Assembly (NCBI GenBank): GCA_950097015.1
Contig: CATNEN010000003.1
Span: 10,788,001-10,852,000 of the forward strand
DNA length: 64,000 nucleotides
Source: Macrostomum hystrix
Lineage: Eukaryota; Animalia; Platyhelminthes
Direction: 5' to 3'
Part shown: piece after piece, positions 24,174 to 34,700 of the stretch
Numbering within the stretch: position 1 is the first letter of the stretch
How the letters are laid out: the number at the start of each line of letters is the position of its first letter
The notes under the pieces: generated by a model
Databases searched by the model: none
Told to the model about the DNA's origin: nothing
What the model saw: the letters and a program-made list of their open reading frames with translations, nothing else
Made by a program: the position numbers and the translations under genes

Positions 24174-27100
24174 CTATAATTTTTCTAAGTACGCCGTTAC
24201 TTTTTTTAATCCACGAGGTTGTGAGAAATAGATTTGTGTATCTTTAGGCACCCTCATGACGCGGCTGAAACCAAGTGTCGAAAATTCAGTATTATAGGTG
24301 GATTTCCGTTTAAGTTTGCACAATATCATCGTGTCTTTCGGCTCCTTCAAGACAAAGAGCTGAGCTTCTTCGCTGCTATTGAACTTAAACTTCCATTGAA
24401 AGTTCACCTTAAGTTTTTTAAATGAAAAAAATGTGTGAAAATTATTGATCAAATTACAAATTTGTAAAATTGAAAGGTACTAATTTACTTAGTAAGCACG
24501 AAAATACAAGGTCAACGAAAGACTAGAACCAACCACCATCTGCTCAATCAGGAACAGGACTCAGGACTAGAACCAACCACCATCTGCTCAATCAGGAACA
24601 GGACTCAGGACTAGAACCAACCACCATCTGCTCAATCAGGAACAGGACTCAGGACTAGAACCAACCACCATCTGCTCAATCAGGAACAGGACTCAGGACT
24701 AGAACCAACCACCATCTGCTCAATCAGGAACAGGACTCAGGACTAGAACCAACCACCATCTGCTCAATCAGGAACAGGACTCAGGACTAGAACCAACCAC
24801 CATCTGCTCAATCAGGAACAGGACTCAGGACTAGAACCAACCACCATCTGCTCAATCAGGAACATGACTCAGGACTAGAACCAACCACCATCTGCTCAAT
24901 CAGGAACATGACTCAGGACTAGAACCAACCACCATCTGCTCAATCAGGAACAGGACTCAGGACTAGAACTAGAACCAAACCAAACACCATCTGCTCAATC
25001 AGGAACAGGAATAGCTAGGCCTAGTAGCACCTCACTGTTCTGTATTTCAAGCACAATGGGCTTACCTTCATGTGTACTCTGAAAATGCCATCTTTATTAA
25101 ACGATAGACCGGGCTTGGTAGAAGCGGACAGGTTAAAGTAGGCTTCGCCATTCCTATCGAGCTCCAACCGTAGACCTAAAAATGAGGTTCAGATTGAAGG
25201 TTAAAAATGGCTTTTATTTTTTAATATGCTCTAATTAAGATGAAAAAATTATTCAAATTTAGATAAATTGGATTAAATCTAAAGTGTTAGCTTAGCCCCC
25301 GTGATATCCTCCTGTAATTCACTAAAGGAAGAGAAAAGTTCTTTCTTCTTTGCAGCTCTCAGCAAAAGGTAATTTTAGCTTTAGATCTAATAGCTAAAGG
25401 TGTATAGATGCTTCTATGAGCTATTTTCAGACCAGACTGTTACCTGCAAATGTCTGTCGGCATTGAAGTGAAGGAGTGAAGGCTATTATGCACACACAAA
25501 CGGAAGTTCTACTTTTATCAAACTGTAGAACTACATCTGAGCCACATGCAAGCACCAAAAAAACTTTTTTCCCGAGGTATAGGCACAGTGAAAGTGCAAT
25601 AGTCAAAACCAAATTGTCTCAGAATAATTTTAGCATTAAGATATTAAAACTTACTGTGTTGTATTTCACTCGACGCACTTGACGTGTTAAAATACAACCT
25701 GTTCCAATTTCGCAAGCTCTACAATTCGTTTATAATTGAAACTGGTTACAAACAGTAACACAGAACTCACTCACTCACTCACTCACTCACTAACTCACTC
25801 ACTCACTCACTCACTCACTCACTCACTCACTCACTCACTCACTCACTCACTCACTCACTCACTCACTCACTCACTCACTTACTCACTCACTCAATCACTC
25901 ACTCACTCACTCACTCACACACTCACTCACTAACTCAATCACTCACTCACTCACTCACTCACTCACTCACTCACTCACTCACTCACTCACTCACTCACTC
26001 ACTCACTCACTCACTCACTCACTCACTCACTCACTCATTCACTCACTCACTCAGTTACTCACTCACTCACTCACTCACTCACTCACTAACTCACTAACTC
26101 ATTGACTCACTCACTTATTTACTCACACTCATTCACTCACTCGCTCACTCACTCACTCACTCAATCACTCACTCACTCACTCACTCACTCACTTACTCAC
26201 TCACTCAATCACTCACTCACTCACTCACTCACACACTCACTCACTAACTCAATCACTCACTCACTCACTCACTCACTCACTCACTCACTCACTCACTCAC
26301 TCACTCACTCACTCACTCACTCACTCACTCACTCACTCACTCATTCACTCACTCACTCAGTTACTCACTCACTCACTCACTCACTCACTCACTAACGCAC
26401 TCACTCACTCACTCACTCACTCAGTTACTCACTCACTCACTCACTCACTCACTCACTCACTCACTTACTTACTCACTCACTCACTCACTCACTCACTCAC
26501 TCACTCACACACTCACTCACTCACTCACTCACACACTCACACACTCACTAACTCACTCACTCACTAACTCACTTCACTCACTAACTCACTAACTCATTGA
26601 CTCACTCACTTATTTACTCACACTCATTCACTCACTCGCTCACTCACTCACTCACTCAATCACTCACTCAATCACTCACTCACTCACTCACTCATTTACT
26701 CACACTCATTCACTCACTCACTCATTTACTCACACTCATTCACTCACTCACTTATTTACTCAGACTCATTCACTCACACACTCATTCACTCCCACTTACC
26801 ATCGGCTGTCTTAAAATTCTCAGCATCGGCAGAGTGCTTAGCAGGATGAGGGCAACAGAGTGAAGGAATAGCAGGGAAACTGTCAACACGCAGTTAATGC
26901 TGCGGCTGCTCCTAATTTTACAAAACCGCCCGGAGTCTTGGCTAGGCTTAGTAATTATGCGTGGCTGTGGTAACATTGGCTTAGGCTGCGGCCTCGGCAG
27001 TGGCTGCGGCCTCAGCAGTGGCTGCGGTTTCGGCAGTGGCTGCGGCCTCATCAGTGGCAGCGGTCTCGGCAGTGGCTGCGGTCTCGGCAGTGGCTGCGGT

Positions 27101-27598
27101 CTCGGCAGTGGCTGCGGTCTCGGCAGTGGCTGCGGCCTCGGCAGTGGCTGCGGTCTCGGCAATGGCTGCGGTCTCGGCAGTGGCTGCGGTCTCGGCAGTG
27201 GCTGCGGTCTCGGCAGTGGCTGCGGTCTCGGCAGTGGCTGCGGTTTCGGCTTCGGCTGAAACGGCGCTTTATGCACCCTTGGCGGCCTTGGAGGCAGTGT
27301 TGCTTGCTGCGGTGGCGGCGTCGGCGGCGTCGGCGGCGGCGGTGGAGGCGGCGTTTGCGGAGGCCGCGGCGTTGACGGTGGCGTTGGTCCATCATTAGAA
27401 GGAATTACAAAAATATTTTCTATTTCGAGATACAGATCCTCCCTGTGGAGCGTCGGTTCTGCAATATTTTCAAGAGAAAACTATCTATAGTTAACATGAT
27501 ACGTCTTAAATTGAATATATTTGTAATAAAACTATGCATCTACCTGGCAGAATTTTCTCCACTTCAAAGTATGCAGTATCATTAGAACCTGTGGTCAT
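24174..27598 (-). CDS. Type II membrane protein, TNF-ligand-like paralog B (~378 aa) with proline-rich cytoplasmic tail; exons 27598-27544, 27458-26800, 25522-25444 (acceptor uncertain), 25175-25066, 24407-24174
   Basis: In-frame GT-AG joins (phases 1, 0, 1, 0). TM helix INCVLTVSLLFLHSVALILLSTLPML. LSFNKDGIFRVHMK|VNF aligns with paralog A IGVLKNGYYRISMM|VTF, with the same phase-0 intron position. Confidence 0.65.
24521..25010. repeat. 44-bp minisatellite, about 11 near-identical copies
   Basis: GACTAGAACCAACCACCATCTGCTCAATCAGGAACAGGACTCAG in the last intron of paralog B. Confidence 0.97.
25765..26791. repeat. (ACTC)n microsatellite
   Basis: About 1 kb; abuts the splice donor of the TM exon of paralog B. 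Confidence 0.97.
26985..27256 (-). repeat. Coding 18-bp repeat, (PQPLPR)n, about 14 units
   Basis: GGCTGCGGTCTCGGCAGT units on +; in frame within exon 2 of paralog B. Confidence 0.85.
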
Positions 27599-28067
27599 GT
27601 TTCCGAGAAGTCACTCTTCCGTATTGTTGAAGAATGCACCCAATCAATTAGTTTAAAAGCGAATGAAAACCAAGCAAAAAACTTTCGTCTACTCCAGGGG
27701 GTCATTAAAATAGTTAACGAGCGTACATATACAATGCTGGCTTTTAAAGTGATCATTGCGCAGTGCCGGCATCCTATTGGCTATTTGACGTTTTAAACAG
27801 TTCCAGACAATTTAAACACCAGGTTATGGGCTTGACAAAAGCTCTATTTTGACACGATTTAACAAGCCTTTTAATGGGCTATATTAGTGGCTTGACAGTC
27901 TAAAAATAAATCCATGAACACGAGTGCGATACTGAGATGCTTGCCAAATGGTAAATATGCATTTGCTACGTGCAACACTTGTGGCACCGATAACTTTCAA
28001 GATAACTGTTAAATTTCTGGTTTACCTTTCGATCTTCCTAAATTATAGTTGGTTTTGAAGTTGCAGC

Positions 28068-28427
28068 TTCAATTTTAGACCAATTTAAGCAATTCATAAA
28101 CAACTCAAACAGACTCAAATAATGATTTCTTGCCACATGCGGCGATTTCACGTCAAACTAAAACAATTGCTTTAAGTGAGTCGCTAGTTACTAGGCTTAG
28201 CATCTAAGTTTCAACTCCTTGACTAGTTTGAACGCGAGCCGTAGCCGCTGTATGGTCTAGCTTAGTCTCTGTTAGTTAATTCGATTCTTTTTTTAGTGTC
28301 TTGAGTTGTCTGCACAGGAGAATCTTTGGCTGATATTTCCACGGTTTTTCCATGGCAATTCTTGGATGCCCACGGTTTTTCCGGAAATATTTCCAGCTCA
28401 TGAGAAAGCTCCACGGCGGATCAGCCA
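28068..28427. repeat. Direct repeat copy 1 (360 bp) at the LINE 3' side
   Basis: Nearly identical to 30747-31082 except a 24-bp insertion and about 3 substitutions. Confidence 0.95.
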
Positions 28428-30746
28428 TTGTTGTTAAAACGAATTCCCCAAAGGACTGGGGCGTGGATCAGTTTCGAAAAACTCTGCCGCTGAATTTTAA
28501 GATATATTTAACCGAATTTATTAAAAATTTACAAGCGATTCGATTTAGATTATTTTATACGGATATCAAACATAGAAATTAGTAAATAATTAGTAAATAA
28601 GTAAATAAATGGATAATAAATATTTTAATAAAAAAATAAATAATATAAAAGCTTGCAGTTTGTGAGCAAAGAGCAAAAGTGACAATACAGCCATTAGTAC
28701 TCATAGTCAATAAAAGACATTAAGTCAGTAGGCAAAGAGCGTAATGAATGGAATGACAGAGCAGCTGAGCACTGCTCACCAGCCCTCTGGAGCTCAGGCA
28801 GCTATTTAAATTTCATTTTAGTTTACTTTCAGGGCCATGGGTCTCAGAGACTGCTCAGCCCTGGATTGGGAGCGGGTTCTGCCTGTTGATTTGTCCCCGC
28901 CTCAGGGCAGCCCACAGGACATTGAGGATGGGAACTCGTCCCGGAGCGCGAGGCAGCTCCGGCTCGATGTGGAAGCCGTGCAGCCGAGCTGCTTTCATCT
29001 TGGGCAGCCAGGCCACACCGAGCTGCTTGACTCTGGCTGAGAGCATTGGCATGCCGGCCAGTTTGTGAAGGTGCTCGGTGCTCAGGTAGGAAGGCACACC
29101 GTAGCAGATTCGCAGAGCAAGGTTCTGGATTTTTTGTAGCTTGATCTGATTGGTTACGCAGATCAGAGTCAAGATTGGGGCGCCGTAGGTGAGAGCGCTC
29201 TCACCGTAGGCCCTGTATAGCATTCTGAGAGTGACGCTGCTCAGCTTGGTGATCTTGGCGATGCGGCACAGGGACATGACAATGGCCCTGCACGTATTCG
29301 CCATGTTGTCGACGTGTTTATTCAAGCAAAGATTGGCGTCGAGGAGGACACCTAGAAATTTTACTTCCTGACAGTAGGGGACCCTCGTCTGCCCCAGCTG
29401 CAGTTTGGGTCGCAAGTCGGCGCGAGCTGTCGGCTTGTAGTTGAAGGCGATGGCCTTGCTCTTGTCGGCATTCAGTCTGATGCCTTGCTTTCCGCACCAC
29501 TCCCAGACTTGTCTGAGGTAGCTCTGGAGGCATGTCCGCAGACCAGCAAAGGTGTCTGCGGAGGCCCAGATGGCCATGTCGTCAGCAAATTGACTGCGTT
29601 TCACGTATGGATTTTCAGGAATCGGCATTGTGCTGACGTACAGCAGGTACAGGAGAGGACTCAAGATGCCTCCCTGAGGTACGCCAGCTAGGATTCTGAT
29701 CAGCTCACTGAGCGAGTTGTTGACTCGCACCTGGATGTACCTGTTCCTGAGGTAGTCAGACAGGATGCGCATCAGCATCGAAGGAAAGCCAGCGTTGAGC
29801 ATGCGGCTCCTAAGCATGTCGTGCCAGGCAGAGTCAAAGGCAGCCTCTACGTCAAGGAAGACTGCAGCGGCCCTCTTTGCTTTGCACTTTGCGACCATCA
29901 TGTCCTGCACCAGTCGGCACAGGTTGTCGTAGGTGGAGTGGACTTTGCGATAAGCGCATTGGTCATCGCCAAGAATGTTCTTGTCTTCAAGGAATTTGGA
30001 GAGTCTCTTGGCAATCAGCTTCTCAAACACCTTGCCTAAGCAAGAGGTCAGGCTGATTGGCCTGTACGAGTTTGGATTGTCTGGCGGTTTGTCAGGCTTC
30101 GGGATCATTGTCACCACAGCTTTCTTCCAAGCGCTGGGGAAGATCCCTTGACTGAAGCAGGCGTTAAAGGGTTTGGTGATCCTGGTGATCGCCACGCCTT
30201 CAAGGCCGAGTTTGAGCACTCGATTGGGAATCTTATCCAGCCCGGGTGCTCCATCAGGCTTGAGGTGCTCAAGCTCCCACACTGTGTCGGCTACATTGAA
30301 TGCGGCTTCAAGCGGGTGAGTGGCTATGCCATTGATGTCGGCCGGAATCGGATAGAAGGCGATGAACTTGGCCACTTCGGCCACCTCCTGTTTGAGCAAG
30401 TGGATGGGACTGGGCGCATCTTTGAGTCCAGAGTGGCCGCGAGAAGGTTCGCTTTCTCCAGATCAGTGTGCGCACTGGTTTGACCCGAAGTGAGGGTTGG
30501 GATGGAGCTGGGCTTGAACTTGCCCATCAGCTTCCTGGTGTCATGCCAGAAGTTCTTGACCTTGCTGTTCTTGCTGTTTTCGACAACATTCTCACACAGC
30601 TTGGTGAGCTTGCCGCTCTGGAAGGAAGTGATTTCCCTTTTGATCCTGTTGGCCATTTGGTTGGCCAGCCTTTTAAAGTTTTCATCCCGAGTGCTGTTGA
30701 AGAGTCGTCTGAGTCGTCGGCGCTCTTTAATCAGCTCAATTTTAAT
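28428..30746 (-). mobile_element. 5'-truncated non-LTR retrotransposon (Jockey/I-like RT, endonuclease domain missing)
   Basis: RT motifs APGLDKI, YRPISLTS, FLDVEAAFD, GVPQG, FADD, KFLGV. Begins mid-ORF2 linker; has an AT-rich 3' UTR and a short (CAA)-like tail. Confidence 0.9.
28855..30740 (-). pseudogene. LINE ORF2 fragment (reverse transcriptase) with one frameshift near 30400
   Basis: ORFs 30324-30830 and 28855-30399 overlap in different frames; both have LINE ORF2-like content (KNFWHDTRKL...EKANLLA, then the RT domain). Confidence 0.85.
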
Positions 30747-31082
30747 TTCAATTTTAGACCAATTTAAGCAATTCATAAACAACTCAAACAGACTCAAATA
30801 ATGATTTCTTGCCACATGCGGCGATTTCACGTCAAACTAAAACAATTGCTTTAAGTGAGTCGCTAGTTACTAGACTTAGCATCTAAGTTTCAACTCCTTG
30901 ACTAGTTTGAACGCGAGCCGTCTCTGTCAGTTGATTCGATTCTTTTTTTAGTGTCTTGAGTTGTCTGCACAGGAGAATCTTTGGCTGATATTTCCACGGT
31001 TTTTCCATGGCAATTCTTGGATGCCCACGGTTTTTCCGGAAATATTTCCAGCTCATGAGAAAGCTCCACGGCGGATCAGCCA
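30747..31082. repeat. Direct repeat copy 2 (336 bp) at the LINE 5' side
   Basis: Matches 28068-28427. Confidence 0.95.
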
Positions 31083-31702
31083 ATAGTGAGCGCTGGCAGG
31101 CTGGGAGGGCTCCATAACGCCTATAAATAGTACATACCTCATCATCCCCTTAGCTCCGAATTCGAACCCCGCACTTACCAGCCGCCCTTACTTATCGCTT
31201 AACGCTTAACGTTAAACGCTTACCGACTATTCAGTTAATTAGGGGAGACACCAGACTGACACCAAACTCAAACAATGACAGATTTAATTGCCGAATCAAC
31301 CAGTGACAGTTTTCATGAACAATTCAAACAAGGAATGCTATTTTATCTCCAATGATTTCATGACATGCTCAAATGATTTCATGATGAAATTCAACGAAGA
31401 CAGGTGAAGTGTTCAATCGGAAACATGTATTATAAGCAAGTGTTAAATAGGGCTTTTAATTAAACATTATATTTCGCAGGAAAATATTATAAGCTACTAC
31501 TTACAGTAGTGCAAATGAATACAAAAATAATAGAAACAAATAGTCAATTCTGGAGTATAGCCTAGGCGCCAATACGGATAATAACAATGATGCACTGGTT
31601 GTATTAGATTGGTCTTTGTCTCTAAGCACAAGATAATAAAATATGAATCATTGTTCAATTTCTTACACAGTTCAAATTATCATACTTAATCCAGTATTAT
31701 AT

Positions 31703-34700
31703 TTAGAGTGCTTCCAGACGATTTTTCAGTTCGTCTAGCGACACATTCGGACTCTGCGGTAGCGGCAGATCCGACACATCAGGCAATTGCAAATTGTCCA
31801 CATCCAATTCCGAGAATTTTTCATCCAACTCAGTCAAAACCTTGTTCTTCGTTCCAGTTGAAGTCGCCGCGGCGGCTGCCGCAGCAGCAGATGGCGGAGA
31901 ATCTTCTTCCAGTAGTCGATCCAGTTCAGACTCGAGCTCGCTGTCGTCTAGGCCGTCCATGACGCCGCCGGCGCCGGGCACGAAGGCCAGGGCATCGGCC
32001 AATTCACGCTGCTCGTCAAGAGCGTCGCGGATTTCGCCGAGCGCATCGTGCGCAGCTTCGTGCGAGTCGGCATCTTCGGAGCGGGTAGATTTGAACCAAT
32101 CGCGGGTGACTTTAAAAGCGTCAAGGACCTATTTTAGAATGGGGACAGGTGGACGAGTACAGGTTGACTATTCAGCGAAAAAGTGACGTCAGTTTCTAAA
32201 AATTTTTTCCAAGTTACTAGAAATTGACGATTAAGAAGCGATGACGCAAGCTTCTAAATATAGAAAATAAAGAAGCGATGACGTCCATCCATTCCACTAT
32301 ACTAAAAATGAAATGCTTGCTTGCTTGGTTGGTTGGTTGGTTGTAATTGATTTTCTCCCGAACAGCTCAACCGATTTTCACAATTTCTTCACCAAAAGAT
32401 GCTAAATATGGGGAGAATTATACACGTATTTTTATTAAGCTTAACTTTATTGCTAAGGGGATTAAATATTCGAAAAACAAGATTTTGCAAAGGTCAAACC
32501 ATCTTGGCCTATTGAGAATTTTACTCACTGCCGCTGAATTGGAATTGCATCGTCAAATTGCGCAACACCCCCTCGCTGACTGAGTTAGAAGCCTGCACTC
32601 TGGAGACAAATTTGAAATAAATGTACACAACCAACCGCGAGACTGAGTGTACTCTATTTTCTCACTTCATTGTACAAAGCCAGAACTTTGAGAATTCATT
32701 TTATAAGGCTGATTTTTGCACCCACCAACCAACAGTCGGAATAGCCGATGTGTAGGCACTAGGAATAGGTTATAGGCTAGGCTAGGGTTCGATTCTGCAC
32801 TGCGTCAAATCATTTAGACTAATTTTCAGCCAGTAGTGATTGAAGATTATTTTGATTTTTTTTTTCATTTCGTAAATAAAATATCATAAATCATAGCAAA
32901 CCTGAATTTGAATCATGGCAAAAATAGAGCTTGAATCATGGCTAAACCAGCGTCTGAATCATGGCTAAACCAGAGCTTGAATCATGGCTAAACCAGAGTC
33001 TGAATCATGGCTAAACTGGAGTCTGAATCATGGCTAAACCAGAGTCTGAATCATGGCTAAACCAGGGTCTGAATCATGGCTACACCAGAGTCTGAATCAT
33101 GGCTTAACCAGAGTTTGAATCATGGCTAAACCAGGGTCTGAATCATGGCTAAACCAGAGTTTGAATCATGGCTAAACCAGGGTCTGAATCATGGCTAAAC
33201 CAGAGTTTGAATCATGGCTAAACCAGAGTCTGAATCATGGCTAAACTAGAGTCTGAATCATGGCCAAACCAGAGTCTGAATCATGGCTAAACCAGAGTTT
33301 GAATCATGGCTAAACCAGAGTTTGAATCATGGCTAAACCAGAGTTTGAATCATGGCTAACCCAGACTTTGAATCATGGCTAAACCAGAGTCTGAATCATG
33401 GCTAAACCAGCGTCTGAATCATGGCTAAACCAGAGTTTGAATCATGGCTAAACCAGAGTCTGAATCATGGCTAAACCAGAGTCTGAATCATGGCTAAACC
33501 AGAGTCTGAATCATGGCTAACCCAGAGTTTGAATCATGGCTAAACCAGAGTCTGAATCAAGGCTAAACCAGAGTCTGAATCATAGCTAAACCAGAGTCTG
33601 AATCATGGCTAAACCAGAGTCTGAATCATGGCTAAACCAGAGTCTGAATCATGGCTAAACCAGAGTCTGAATCATGGCTAAACCAGAGTTTGAATCATGG
33701 CTAAACCAGATTTTGAATCATGGCTAAACCAGAGTCTGAATCAAGGCTAAACCAGAGTCTGAATCATGGCTAAACCAGAGTCTGAATCATGGCTAAACCA
33801 GAGTCTGAATCATGGCAAAACCAGAGTCTGAATCATGGCTAAACCAGAGTTTGAATCATGGCTAAACCAGGGTCTGAATCATGGCTAAAACAGAGTTTAA
33901 ATCATGGCTAAACCAGAGTCTGAATCATGGCTAAACCAGAGTTTGAATCATGGCTAAACCAGAGTCTGAATCATGGCTAAACCAGAGTCTGAATCATGGC
34001 TAAACCAGAGTCTGAATCATGGCAAAACCAGAGTCTGAATCATGGCTAAACCAGAGTTTGAATCATGGCTAAACCAGGGTCTGAATCATGGCTAAAACAG
34101 AGTTTAAATCATGGCTAAACCAGAGTCTGAATCATGGCTAAACCAGAGTTTGAATCATGGCTAAACCAGAGTCTGAATCATGGCTAAACCAGAGTTTGAA
34201 TCATGGCTAAACCAGAGTTTGAATCATGGCTAAACCAGAGTTTGAATCATGGCTAACCCAGACTTTGAATCATGGCTAAACCAGAGTCTGAATCATGGCT
34301 AAACCAGCGTCTGAATCATGGCTAAACCAGAGTTTGAATCATGGCTAAACCAGAGTCTGAATCATGGCTAAACCAGAGTCTGAATCATGGCTAAACCAGA
34401 GTCTGAATCATGGCTAACCCAGAGTTTGAATCATGGCTAAACCAGAGTCTGAATCAAGGCTAAACCAGAGTCTGAATCATAGCTAAACCAGAGTCTGAAT
34501 CATGGCTAAACCAGAGTCTGAATCATGGCTAAACCAGAGTCTGAATCATGGCTAAACCAGAGTCTGAATCATGGCTAAACCAGAGTTTGAATCATGGCTA
34601 AACCAGATTTTGAATCATGGCTAAACCAGAGTCTGAATCAAGGCTAAACCAGAGTCTGAATCATGGCTAAACCAGAGTCTGAATCATGGCTAAACCAGAG

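Noticed and set aside
28068-31082. LTR retrotransposon or Penelope element
   Set aside because: RT motifs are non-LTR type; no TG..CA, PBS, integrase or GIY-YIG domain.
30982-31110. HDV-like or hammerhead ribozyme in the flanking repeat
   Set aside because: GGCTGAT/ATCAGCC could form P1, but the P3 pairing and the following GG for P1.1 are missing, and no CTGANGA/GAAA core was found by eye.
32347-32583. 78-aa ORF repeated in Helitron heads (also 38952 and 57077)
   Set aside because: Non-ATG start, interrupted by a stop in copy 3, and no Rep or helicase motifs; recurrence reflects DNA identity.
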